Positions 11,488 through 19,921 are shown, numbered from the stretch's first letter. The stretch: DNA of 32,000 nucleotides from Micrococcus luteus NCTC 2665 (GCF_000023205.1 NC_012803.1:1410001-1442000); one strand, 5' to 3'. Notes: generated by a model not told the origin, from the sequence alone. Made by a program: numbers and translations.

Positions 11488-13440
11488 TCAGGAGCCCTGG
11501 CCCTCGTGGACCTGCCACGGCACCGAGCCCACCATCACGCCCGGCTCCCGCTGCAGCCGCCGCGTCTGGCGGGTGGCGGTCCGGTTGTGCAGGAGCGTGC
11601 GCCAGCCGGGCCGGACCACGTACTCCGGGATGAACACCATGGTCAGGTCCCGCGGGGAGCGGCGTCGGTGCTCGCGCACATGCCGCACCAGGGGGGCCAC
11701 CGTGTCGCGGTAGGGCGAGGCGATCACGGTGAGCGACATCGGCAGGCCGGCACGCTCCCAGGCGTCGATCACCTCCAGGGTGGCGGCGCGCTCGGCGTCC
11801 ACGACGACGGCCTCGAGCGAGGACGGCCGCGACGCGCGGGCGTAGGCCAGCGCCCGCAGTGCCGGCCGGTCCAGCGTGGTCACGACGACCACCACGTGGA
11901 CCCGCGAGGGCAGGGCCCGCGCGTCGTCCTGGGGGTCCGGTGCGAGCTCGCGGTCCACGTCCGCGTAGTGGCGGCGGATCCGCCCCATCACCAGCGAGCC
12001 GAGCACGATCGCCAGCAGCGCCACCCACGCGCCCTGCGTGAAGCGGGTGACCAGGACGACGACGCCCGCCAGCGCCGTGACCACCCAGGCCACCGCCGTG
12101 ATGATCAGGCGCAGCCGGACGGCCGCGCGGGCCCGGGCGCCCGGCGTATGCACGAGCCGACGGCGCCACAGCCGCAGCATGCCGGCCTGCGCGAGCGTGA
12201 AGGCCAGGAGCACGCCGATGACGTAGAGCTGCACGAGCAGGGCGGTCCGGGCCTCGAAGAACAGCACGAGCGAGAGGGCCACGGCCCCCATCCCGAGGAC
12301 GCTCCACGTGTGCACGAGCCGGTCGCTGCGGACCCTCAGCTGCCGGGGCAGGTAGCCGTCCTCGGCCACGCGCGCGGCCAGGGCGGGGAACGAGCGGAAC
12401 GCCGACTTGGCCGCGAACAGCAGGAGCAGGGCGGTGGCCGCGATGGTGGCGACGGACAGGACGCTGCCCGGGCCGTACACGGTGTCCGCGAGCTGCGCGA
12501 GGACGGGGGCGGGGGCGCGGTCGGGCGTGACCTCCGCGCCCGCGGCGTCCCGGAGGTTCTCCAGCTCCAGCCCGACGACGACGCCGGTGCGCTGGGCCAG
12601 GTGCATGACGCCCACGGTCAGCGCGCCGAGGGTGAGGGCCATCACGGTGAGCACCCACCGCACCGTGGGCACGGCCGGCCGGGCCATCAGGCGGGTGCTC
12701 GAGACCGGCACCTCGACGCCGGTGAGCAGCACCGATCCCGCGCTGAACGCGCGCAGGGCGAGCAGCGCCGTCGCCACGGTGCCGACGGTCCCGCCGACCC
12801 CGGCGCCCTCCTGCGTCCACCCGGCCGTCGGCGCCGCGCCGAGCAGCCCACGGCCCTCCTGCCACAGACCCACCAGGACGAGCAGCGCGGTCAGGGTGAC
12901 GAACACGCTCACGAGCACGGGCAGCACCCACCGGGACAGCCGCACCCCGCGGAGCGCGGCCAGCAGCACGCCCGCGAGCGCGGCCGAGGCCACCAGCACG
13001 CGGCTGCCGACGGTGAGTCCGGGGGCCAGCGCCGCCACGAAGTGGGCGAAGGCGGCCACGGAGACCGCGGCGGTGAACACGAAGTCCAGCAGGAGCGCGG
13101 CCGAGGCGACGACACCGGCCCTCGGGCCGAACTTCGTGCCGGCCATGTGGTAGATGCCGCCGTGCGGAACGGCGGCGACCGCGGCGCGGAAGGACGCGAC
13201 GATGAGCAGCATCACCGCGACGACGGCCCAGCCGACGGCGGGTCCGAGCGCGAGCGCGGACGTGCCGGCGGCGACCAGGGTGAGGATGATCTCGTCCGGG
13301 GCGTAGGCGAGGGAGGACAAGGCGTTCGACGACGTCACAGGCAGCGCCCGCCACCGGTTCATGCGGGGCTCGTCGGCGGCGTGCGACGTCACGGGGCGAC
13401 CGAGGAGGCCGCGGCGCAGGAGGGAGGACAGCGTGGCCAC
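11488..13440 (-). CDS. APC-superfamily permease with about 190-aa cytoplasmic C-terminal domain, 650 aa
   Basis: The GTG at 13440 is chosen because LSSLLRRGLLGRPV...ALPVTSSNALSSLAYAPDEI matches the conserved N-terminus of this permease family. It has about 12 hydrophobic segments followed by a soluble tail. From memory, it has the same position relative to trkA as M. tuberculosis Rv2690c. Confidence 0.85.
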   Translation of the reverse strand: MATLSSLLRRGLLGRPVTSHAADEPRMNRWRALPVTSSNALSSLAYAPDEIILTLVAAGTSALALGPAVGWAVVAVMLLIVASFRAAVAAVPHGGIYHMAGTKFGPRAGVVASAALLLDFVFTAAVSVAAFAHFVAALAPGLTVGSRVLVASAALAGVLLAALRGVRLSRWVLPVLVSVFVTLTALLVLVGLWQEGRGLLGAAPTAGWTQEGAGVGGTVGTVATALLALRAFSAGSVLLTGVEVPVSSTRLMARPAVPTVRWVLTVMALTLGALTVGVMHLAQRTGVVVGLELENLRDAAGAEVTPDRAPAPVLAQLADTVYGPGSVLSVATIAATALLLLFAAKSAFRSFPALAARVAEDGYLPRQLRVRSDRLVHTWSVLGMGAVALSLVLFFEARTALLVQLYVIGVLLAFTLAQAGMLRLWRRRLVHTPGARARAAVRLRLIITAVAWVVTALAGVVVLVTRFTQGAWVALLAIVLGSLVMGRIRRHYADVDRELAPDPQDDARALPSRVHVVVVVTTLDRPALRALAYARASRPSSLEAVVVDAERAATLEVIDAWERAGLPMSLTVIASPYRDTVAPLVRHVREHRRRSPRDLTMVFIPEYVVRPGWRTLLHNRTATRQTRRLQREPGVMVGSVPWQVHEGQGS

Positions 13441-13574
13441 CGCACCACGGTACTCCCGCCGGGCCCGGGTGCTGGGGCGACGCGGATACTCCCGGACGTG
13501 CCCGCCGGATGCGAGGATGGAGCCCGCGTCGGCTCCCCGGCGCACGGAGCACCGCACGAGAGGCAGGGACGGGC

Positions 13575-14276
13575 ATGGCCCACTACGTGATCGTCGGCGG
13601 CGGACGGGTGGGCACCCGGCTGGCGGCCGCGCTGGACGCGGCCGGTCACGGCGTCGCCCTCGTGGACCGCGACCCGCGGACCGTGGAGGGGCTGGCCCCC
13701 GGCTTCTCCGGCGAGCTCGTGGCCGGCGTGGGCTTCGACCGCTCCGCGCTGCGCGCCGCCGGCATCGACCGCGCGCAGGGTCTGGCGGCCGTGACCGCGG
13801 ACGACAACACGAACATCATCGCCGCCCGCGTGGCCCGCGAGACCTTCCACGTGGACCACGTGGTGGCGCGCATCTACGACGCCGACCGGGCCCGGCTGTA
13901 CCAGCGCCTGGGCATCCCCACGGTCGCCTCGATCCAGTGGACGGCCGACCAGGTGCTGCACCGGCTGCTGCCGGCCGGCACCGCCGCCGCGGAGCACCGC
14001 GACGCCTCCGGCCGGCTGCTCGTGACCGAGCTGGTCCCCCACTCCTCGTGGTGGGGCCGCCGGCTGAGCGACGTCGAGTCCACGGTGGGGATGCGCATCG
14101 CCTACCTCACCCGGCTCGGCGACGGCCAGCTGCCCCGGCCGGGCGACCGCCTGCAGGAGGGCGACGTGCTGCACGCCGTCTACCCGGTGGACCGCCGGGA
14201 CCGGGTGGAGGCCGCCCTGCAGGGCGAGGCACGCGTGCCGGACGGCGCGGACGAGGACGAGGAGGGACGGGCATGA
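13575..14276 (+). CDS. trkA: TrkA/RCK-domain potassium-uptake protein (CeoB-like), 233 aa
   Basis: ATG at 13575. It has a Rossmann motif YVIVGGGRVG (RCK_N) followed by an RCK_C domain. Its stop overlaps the start of the next trkA gene (ATGA at 14273-14276). Confidence 0.9.
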   Translation: MAHYVIVGGGRVGTRLAAALDAAGHGVALVDRDPRTVEGLAPGFSGELVAGVGFDRSALRAAGIDRAQGLAAVTADDNTNIIAARVARETFHVDHVVARIYDADRARLYQRLGIPTVASIQWTADQVLHRLLPAGTAAAEHRDASGRLLVTELVPHSSWWGRRLSDVESTVGMRIAYLTRLGDGQLPRPGDRLQEGDVLHAVYPVDRRDRVEAALQGEARVPDGADEDEEGRA

Positions 14277-14986
14277 GGGCTGTTATCGCCGGAGCGGGCG
14301 CCGTGGGCGCCTCCATCGCGCGGGAGCTGCACGCGCACGGCCACGAGGTGGTCGTCGTCGAGGCGCGCACGGACGCGGCCCGCAAGGCCGACGTCGGCGG
14401 CGCGCGCCTCGTCCTCGGGGATGCGTGCGACCTGACCGTGCTCGAGCAGTGCGGCGCCCTGGAGGCGGACGTGCTCGTCGCGGCGACCGGTGACGACCGG
14501 GTCAACCTCGTGTGTTCCCTGCTGAGCCGCTCGGAGTTCGGCGTCGGCCGCACCGTGGCCCGCGTCAACAACCCGCTCAACGACTGGCTCTTCGACGAGT
14601 CGTGGGGTGTGGACGTGGCCGTGTCCACCCCCTCGATCATGACGGCGCTCGTGGAGGAGGCCGTCGAGACCGGGGACCTCGTGCGTCTGCTCAGGCTGGA
14701 GGCCGGCGGCGCGGCGCTGTCCGAGTTCCGGGTTCCGGCAGAGCACTGGCTCGAGGGCCGGCGCATCGGCACCGTGTCCTGGCCGCAGGAGGCTCCGCTC
14801 GTGGCGGTCGTGCGCGACGGCGCCCCCAGGCAGGCGTCGGCGGACGAGGTCCTGGAGGTGGGCGACGAGCTCTTCTTCCTGGCCGCCAGCTCCGCCGAGC
14901 CGGCCCTGCGTCGCCTCCTCGTCGGCGAGGGCCGCGTTCAGGGGCGTTCGGAGGCGGCGGAGTCCGCCGGCACGCCGTCGTCCTGA
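14273..14986 (+). CDS. trkA: TrkA/RCK-domain potassium-uptake protein (CeoC-like), 237 aa
   Basis: The ATG at 14273 overlaps the upstream stop. It has the motif AVIAGAGAVGASIA (RCK_N) and an RCK_C domain. The rest of the 541-aa track ORF upstream is out of frame with the first trkA and is rejected. Confidence 0.9.
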   Translation: MRAVIAGAGAVGASIARELHAHGHEVVVVEARTDAARKADVGGARLVLGDACDLTVLEQCGALEADVLVAATGDDRVNLVCSLLSRSEFGVGRTVARVNNPLNDWLFDESWGVDVAVSTPSIMTALVEEAVETGDLVRLLRLEAGGAALSEFRVPAEHWLEGRRIGTVSWPQEAPLVAVVRDGAPRQASADEVLEVGDELFFLAASSAEPALRRLLVGEGRVQGRSEAAESAGTPSS

Positions 14987-15642
14987 CCGGGCGAGCTGAC
15001 GGACCAGGCGAGCCAGAGCCCCAGGGCATAGAGCGGCAGGCCCATCACCAGGCGGGCCACCCCGAGCGCGGTAACGGCGTCCCCGAGGTAGAGGGGCACC
15101 TGCACCGCCAGGCGCAGCGCGAACACGGCCACGAGGATCCAGGTGGCCGCGGCGTAGGCGCGGCGCCGACGCCGGTGGGCCCGCCAGCGGGTTCCCTCGG
15201 CGCGCACGAGGCCGAGCACCAGGCCCGCCGCGGGCCAGCCCACGAGGGCGGACACCGCGAACGCGAGGCCATAGGCGGCGTTGGTGACGAAGCCCCACAG
15301 GTAGTAGTCGCGGGCCTGGCCGGTGGTCAGGGAGACCACGACGGACAGGACGACGACGGCGAGGCCGGCCAGCACCTGGACCGGCGACTGGCGCTGGACG
15401 AGGCGCGCGACGCCCAGCACGAGTGCGACCACGACGGCCGCCACGCCGGAGGGCCACACCTGCTGGGTGGCGACGTAGCCGACCATGTAGACGAGGGTGG
15501 GCAGGGAGGCCTCGACGATGCCGCGCCAGCCACCGACGCTGCCCAGCGCGTCGAGGCGGCCGCGCTCGTCCAGACGGGCTCGAGACGGCAGGGGGCCGGC
15601 GCCGTCCGGGGCGGCGGTGGCGGGGCCGTGCGGCTCGGTCAT
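14938..15642 (-). CDS. DUF3159-family integral membrane protein, 234 aa
   Basis: ATG at 15642 has GAGAGGAG upstream. It contains several TM helices. The family call comes from the conserved position downstream of dut, DUF3710 and the OB-fold gene, and from sequence character (from memory). Confidence 0.8.
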   Translation of the reverse strand: MTEPHGPATAAPDGAGPLPSRARLDERGRLDALGSVGGWRGIVEASLPTLVYMVGYVATQQVWPSGVAAVVVALVLGVARLVQRQSPVQVLAGLAVVVLSVVVSLTTGQARDYYLWGFVTNAAYGLAFAVSALVGWPAAGLVLGLVRAEGTRWRAHRRRRRAYAAATWILVAVFALRLAVQVPLYLGDAVTALGVARLVMGLPLYALGLWLAWSVSSPGQDDGVPADSAASERP

Positions 15643-15665
15643 GGGCTCTCCTCTCGGGGCCGTGC

Positions 15666-15983
15666 TCAGAGCGTGGCGCCGGGCGCGTCGACCAGGTCGA
15701 ACTCGGGGTTGTGCAGGGTGGGCACGCCGTCCATCTGGGTGACGCGGCCGCGGACCGTCAGCCACTCCCCCGGCATGACGCCGGGCACGCGGCGCCGCCC
15801 GTGCCAGACCAGCTGCAGCGTCTCGGCGGGCGCCATGCTCCCGGGTGCGGGCAGGCGGTCGGCCAGGGACGCGCGGAAGACGGTCGCCTCGTCCGCACCG
15901 GGCAGCGTGACGGAGGCGATGACGCCGCGGCGCTCGATGCGGCCCGCGGGCCCGACCGGGCGGGGGGCGACGGCGGGACTCAC
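15666..15983 (-). CDS. OB-fold nucleic-acid-binding domain protein, 105 aa
   Basis: The GTG at 15983-15981 overlaps the TGA of the DUF3710 gene (GTGA). The sequence IASVTLPG...LQLVWHGRRRVPGVMPGEWLTVRGRV is typical of the small actinobacterial OB-fold protein found next to dut. Confidence 0.8.
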   Translation of the reverse strand: MSPAVAPRPVGPAGRIERRGVIASVTLPGADEATVFRASLADRLPAPGSMAPAETLQLVWHGRRRVPGVMPGEWLTVRGRVTQMDGVPTLHNPEFDLVDAPGATL

Positions 15984-16756
15984 CGGATCTCCGTGGTCTC
16001 CGGACCGCGCTCGGGCAGCCCGGTGGCCTCCGGTGCCGCGCCGTCCCCCGGGCCGGCGGCGGCGCCCGCGAGCACGTCCCGGCCCTCGTCCGGGGCCGGG
16101 CGACGACGCTGCAGCGGGCGCGCGTTGGGCGGCGGACGCAGGGGCAGCAGCTCGCGCGGCGGGAGCGGCTCGTCGCCCCGCACCACGACCAGGTCGGAGA
16201 ACACCTGTTCCAGCGGCTCGGCGGCCTCCGGCTGGAAGGCGGCCTCGCCGTGGAACACGCCGCGGACGAACCAGCGCGGTCCGTCCACGCCCACGAACCG
16301 GGCGACGTTCCACCCCGGCGAGCCGTCCGGCAGCGCCGCCGGCACGCGCGTGAGGATCTCGACGCCGAAACGGCCGGTCTGCTCCTGCACGGTCGCGTGG
16401 GCCGTGGTCGACAGGGAGTCGTGCAGCTCGGCGCGCAGGTCGTCCCACAGACCCGTGCGACGGGGGGCGCTGAACGCCTGGACCTGCAGGGCCGAGCGTC
16501 CGAGGCTGATGGTGGCGGCGACGATCCGCTTCGTCGCGTCCTCGACGTCGAGGCGCAGCTTCATGCCCTGGACGGCCCTCAGGCGCAGCGACCCCAGGTC
16601 GATCATGCCGGCGGGATCCGGGCGGGTGGCGACGTCGTGCGGACCGACGTCGGCGGTTGCCGGCGCGGCGGCGATCTCGAGGTCGCGCTCCTCCAGCAGC
16701 TCGTCCGGCAGGCTGACCTGCTCGTGGCGCACGGTGCGGTTGCGTCCGAAGATCAC
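15980..16756 (-). CDS. DUF3710-family protein, 258 aa
   Basis: The GTG at 16756-16754 overlaps the dut TGA (GTGA). The sequence GPHDV...[10 protein letters not shown]...QAFSAPR...LWDDLRAEL is typical of DUF3710 (M. tuberculosis Rv2696c-like, from memory). The C-terminal tail is Pro/Ala-rich. Confidence 0.85.
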   Translation of the reverse strand: MIFGRNRTVRHEQVSLPDELLEERDLEIAAAPATADVGPHDVATRPDPAGMIDLGSLRLRAVQGMKLRLDVEDATKRIVAATISLGRSALQVQAFSAPRRTGLWDDLRAELHDSLSTTAHATVQEQTGRFGVEILTRVPAALPDGSPGWNVARFVGVDGPRWFVRGVFHGEAAFQPEAAEPLEQVFSDLVVVRGDEPLPPRELLPLRPPPNARPLQRRRPAPDEGRDVLAGAAAGPGDGAAPEATGLPERGPETTEIR

Positions 16757-17235
16757 GACGTCCTCCCAGGGGTGGTGTCGGCGGTGAAGCCGCCGGTCGA
16801 GCCGAAGCCGCCGGCCCCGCGCTCGGAGTCGGGCAGCACGTCCACGGGCTCGAAGCGGGCGCGCACGACCGGCTGCAGCACGAGCTGGGCGATCCGGTCG
16901 CCGCGGCGCAGCACGATCGGCTCGGTCGGGTCCAGGTTGATCAGGGGCACCTTGATCTCGCCGCGGTAGCCGGCGTCGATGGTGCCCGGGGCGTTGACGA
17001 TGGTCAGGCCGCGACGGACCGCGAGACCCGAGCGGGGGTGCACGAACCCCGCGTGGCCTTCCGGGATGGCCAACGCCACGCCGGTCGGCACCAGGGCGCG
17101 CTCGCCCGGGGCCAGGGTCACGTCGACGGCGGTGCGCAGGTCCGCGCCCGCGTCGCCCGGCTGCGCGTAGGCGGGCGGGGCCAGGCCCGGATCGAGGGCG
17201 TGCAGGGGCACGGGCAGCTCGGCGGAGTCGGTCAC
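16753..17235 (-). CDS. dut: dUTP diphosphatase, 160 aa
   Basis: GTG at 17235. dUTPase motifs are present: [21 protein letters not shown] and the C-terminal GGFGSTG. Confidence 0.93.
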   Translation of the reverse strand: MTDSAELPVPLHALDPGLAPPAYAQPGDAGADLRTAVDVTLAPGERALVPTGVALAIPEGHAGFVHPRSGLAVRRGLTIVNAPGTIDAGYRGEIKVPLINLDPTEPIVLRRGDRIAQLVLQPVVRARFEPVDVLPDSERGAGGFGSTGGFTADTTPGRTS

Positions 17236-17243
17236 GAGGCCCG

Positions 17244-17249
17244 ACCCTA
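17244..17249 (-). promoter_or_regulatory. candidate -10 box (TAGGGT) for a leaderless dut transcript
   Basis: On the minus strand, TAGGGT fits the TANNNT pattern and ends 8 nt before the dut GTG. No Shine-Dalgarno sequence lies in between. Confidence 0.3.
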
Positions 17250-17352
17250 CACGAGCACCCGTCGGCCCGGGGCCGCGTCGAGGCGGTCGGGCGGGCGCCC
17301 TCGCCGGTGCCGCGCGGCGGGACCGGAGTCCGGATGTGGGAAGCTGGGACCC

Positions 17353-17895
17353 ATGCGTGATCCCCAGCAGCACCCCGTCGCCGATGCCTCCCGCCGCGCC
17401 CCCGAGGGCGCTGCGGCGGGACCCGATCCGGTCCTGTTCGAGGAGCGGTTGACGCCCTCCCCGGGGGTCTGGGCCGTGGCGCTCATGCTGGCGGCGTTGA
17501 CGATCCTCGTGTTCGCGCCGATCGACCTCGGGCTGGGCATCGCCGCCGCCGTCGTGTTCTTCGCCGTCGAGGCCCTGCTCCTGGTGGCCACCACCCCGCG
17601 CATCGTGGTGCGCGAACGCACCCTCCAGGTGGGCCGCGCCAGCATCGAAAGGCACCACGTCGGTCAGGTCACGGGGTATCGCGGCGAGGACGCCCGGGCC
17701 CAGCGCGGCCCGCTGCTGCACGGGCTGGCCTTCGTGAACCTGCGCGGCTGGATCGCGCCCGTCGTGCGGATCCAGCTGACCGACGAGCGCGACCGCACGC
17801 CCTACTGGCTGACCAGCACCCGGCGTCCGGAGGAGCTGGTCGCGGCCCTCGGCGGGGCCATGGCCCGGCAGGAGGGGGCGGCCGAGGACCGCTGA
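17353..17895 (+). CDS. DUF3093-family membrane protein, 180 aa
   Basis: ATG at 17353. It has two adjacent TM helices ([34 protein letters not shown]) followed by the soluble part ...[15 protein letters not shown]. It is divergent from dut, as in other actinobacteria (Rv2698-like, from memory). Confidence 0.85.
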   Translation: MRDPQQHPVADASRRAPEGAAAGPDPVLFEERLTPSPGVWAVALMLAALTILVFAPIDLGLGIAAAVVFFAVEALLLVATTPRIVVRERTLQVGRASIERHHVGQVTGYRGEDARAQRGPLLHGLAFVNLRGWIAPVVRIQLTDERDRTPYWLTSTRRPEELVAALGGAMARQEGAAEDR

Positions 17896-17914
17896 CCGCC
17901 CCGGCGGCGGGGGC

Positions 17915-18214
17915 TCAGCCCTCGCAGTCGGTGCAGTAGATCAGGCCGTTCTTCTCACGCGCGGCCTGCGAGCGATGGCGGACCAGGAAGCAGGAGGCGC
18001 AGGTGAACTCATCCGACTGGGCGGGCAGCACCCGCACCATCAGCTCCTCACCCGAGAGGTCGGCGCCAGGCAGTTCGAACTCCTCGGCGGCCTCCGCCTC
18101 GTCCTCGTCCACGACGGCGGACTGGGTGTCCGTGCGCCGTGCCTTCAGCTCCTCGATGGAGTTCTGGCTCAGCTCTTCCTCGTTCTTGCGAGGGGCGTCG
18201 TAGTCAGTGGCCAT
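17915..18214 (-). CDS. DUF4193-family protein (acidic N-terminus plus C-terminal CxxC...CxxC zinc ribbon), 99 aa
   Basis: The sequence [10 protein letters not shown]...[15 protein letters not shown]...YCTDCEG is a highly conserved actinobacterial small protein (Rv2699c-like, from memory). Confidence 0.9.
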   Translation of the reverse strand: MATDYDAPRKNEEELSQNSIEELKARRTDTQSAVVDEDEAEAAEEFELPGADLSGEELMVRVLPAQSDEFTCASCFLVRHRSQAAREKNGLIYCTDCEG

Positions 18215-18242
18215 GGGGTTTCACGCTCCGCTGGTGGGGGAC

Positions 18243-18260
18243 GGCACCGGGACCGGTGCC
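18243..18260. repeat. perfect inverted repeat GGCACCGG-GA-CCGGTGCC in the DUF4193 upstream region
   Basis: Two 8-bp arms are separated by 2 nt. The repeat lies 29 nt upstream of the DUF4193 ATG. It could be an operator site or an RNA stem, and its function is unknown. Confidence 0.5.
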
Positions 18261-18322
18261 GGCACTGCGCGGACGGCGTCGTGGACGGGCCACGCATCAC
18301 CGGCCTGCGCCGTTGCGCGTAG

Positions 18323-18351
18323 ATTGTGCACCATGGCCGAACCCGTGCCAA
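18323..18351 (-). promoter_or_regulatory. candidate sigma-70-type promoter for the DUF4193 gene
   Basis: The minus strand reads TTGGCA, a 17-nt spacer, then CACAAT. It sits in the least GC-rich part of the 291-nt intergenic region. Confidence 0.3.
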
Positions 18352-18432
18352 ATGTTGACGGGCGTGCTCGCCCAGGGCGGATTCCCGCGGCCGCTCGTCC
18401 CTCGCCCGGGCCGTGGTCTGCGGCCCGGCGGC

Positions 18433-18438
18433 TAGGAT
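18433..18438 (+). promoter_or_regulatory. candidate -10 box (TAGGAT) for sepH
   Basis: TAGGAT fits the TANNNT pattern and lies about 68 nt upstream of the sepH ATG. No convincing -35 element is present. A GGAGGG RBS sits 8 nt before the ATG. Confidence 0.25.
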
Positions 18439-18505
18439 CGGGGCATGCCCGGCCGGGCGTCCGCACGCCCGGTGACCAGAACACGACGTCGGAGGGACCA
18501 CCGCC

Positions 18506-19921
18506 ATGGCAGAGCTGCGACTGACCGGACCCACCGAGGACGGCGACGCGCTGCGCCTGTCGGGGCCCGAGGGTGAGGAGCACACGCTCGCTCTCTCCCC
18601 CTATCTGCGCCGGCTGGTTCTCGAGGGTGGTGCGCCCGAGGCCGTGCGACGGTCCGAGGACGGCCCCGCGGCCTGGCACGACATGACCGAGATGGACGTC
18701 GCCGAGGAGGACGCCGAGGGACCGGTGGACGCGACGACGCACGCCGACGATGCCGCGGAGGAGGGCGAGCGGGCTCCCGACGTGCCCTCCGGCCCGGCCC
18801 GTCCGGACGAGGACCTCGCGCTCACCCCGCGCATCGACCCGCAGCCCGCGGCCGACGACGAGACCGCAGACGGCCCGACCCCGGCGCCGCTGACCGACCA
18901 GGAGTCCGTCAAGGCCGCCGCGACCCAGGAGGCCGTGCCCCTCACCCCCCGGGAGATCCAGCAGCGCATCCGTGCGGGCGCCTCCGTGGAGCAGGTGGCC
19001 CGGGAGAGTGGGAACGCCTTCTCGCGCATCCGCACCTACGGTCACCCCGTCTTGGCCGAGCGCGACTGGATCGCCCGGCAGGCCCGCGCCGTCGAGGTCT
19101 GGGTCGGCGGGCCCGACCTCTACTCGGACCTCGTCCAGGACGGCGGCCCCACGACGCTCGGCGAGCTCGCCGCGCACCGGCTCGCCGAGCTGGGCGTGGA
19201 CGAGGCGAGCCTCGAGTGGGACGCGTGGCGCGAGGAGCAGGCCGGCTGGACCGTGGCCGCCCGGTTCGCCGTGGCCGGTGCGGCTGGTCTGCCCACCCGC
19301 GAGGAGCCGCCGGCGCTCTGGACGTTCCGCCCGGCCGGACGCCACCTCGAACCCGAGAACGCCTGGGCCCGCGCCCTGTCCGAGGCGGAGGCCTGGGACC
19401 TGGTCCCCCGCGCCCCCGCGGCCGAACCCGCGACGGACGACGCCGACACCGAGGACGCCGTGACCCCCGCGGGCGCGCACTCGCCGGCCGCCGACCGCGA
19501 CGCCGACCTGCTGGAGATCCTGCGGGTGCGCCGGGGTCAGCGCGTGGGCGCGGACCTGGAGTCGGACGACGCGCTCGCCCACCTGATCGCCCGCGAGCAC
19601 CAGGACCGGAGTCAGCGAGAGGCCGCCCAGGCGCCCGAGCGGCTCGCGCCGGTCGACGCCGAGGGTGCCCTGACGACCGCCGACGACGTCCCGGGCGTCG
19701 ACGAGCCGGAACCGGACGCCGAGACCGACCCCGCCGAGGACACTGCCTCAGTCGTCGAGGACGCGGGTGTCGAGGACGAGGGGGCGGAGCCCGCGCGCCG
19801 CGAGCGTGGCGCGCGCCCGGCCATGCCGACCGTCACGCCGCGCCCCCGGGCCCGTTCGGCCGCACGCCGCGCGTCTGTGCCCAGCTGGGACGAGATCGTC
19901 TTCGGGCGCAAGGGCGACTGA
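18506..19921 (+). CDS. sepH: septation protein SepH (DUF3071), 471 aa
   Basis: The N-terminus is MAELRLTGPTEDGDALRL. A helix-turn-helix-like block LTPREIQQRIRAGASVEQVARESGNAFSRIRTYGHPVLAERDWIARQA is present. The middle of the protein is acidic and low-complexity, and the basic C-terminus ends in RASVPSWDEIVFG, which is typical of SepH. Confidence 0.85.
   Translation: MAELRLTGPTEDGDALRLSGPEGEEHTLALSPYLRRLVLEGGAPEAVRRSEDGPAAWHDMTEMDVAEEDAEGPVDATTHADDAAEEGERAPDVPSGPARPDEDLALTPRIDPQPAADDETADGPTPAPLTDQESVKAAATQEAVPLTPREIQQRIRAGASVEQVARESGNAFSRIRTYGHPVLAERDWIARQARAVEVWVGGPDLYSDLVQDGGPTTLGELAAHRLAELGVDEASLEWDAWREEQAGWTVAARFAVAGAAGLPTREEPPALWTFRPAGRHLEPENAWARALSEAEAWDLVPRAPAAEPATDDADTEDAVTPAGAHSPAADRDADLLEILRVRRGQRVGADLESDDALAHLIAREHQDRSQREAAQAPERLAPVDAEGALTTADDVPGVDEPEPDAETDPAEDTASVVEDAGVEDEGAEPARRERGARPAMPTVTPRPRARSAARRASVPSWDEIVFGRKGD

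Noticed and set aside
13441-13574. A possible riboswitch (for example c-di-AMP/ydaO-type) or repeat-based operator in the permease/trkA divergent region. It includes the direct repeat TACTCCCG at 13451 and 13487.
   Set aside because: At 134 nt shared by two divergent promoters, the region is too short for that riboswitch, and I cannot recognise its conserved core. An 8-mer repeat in GC-biased DNA of this length is not statistically compelling.
11434-13590. Two ORFs overlapping the permease gene: 718 aa on the plus strand, and 706 aa on the minus strand (11456-13576).
   Set aside because: They are shadow frames of the APC permease (11488-13440). Their products are extremely Arg/Gly/Pro/His-rich, with no TM segments or motifs. 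The permease frame gives coherent hydrophobic helices.
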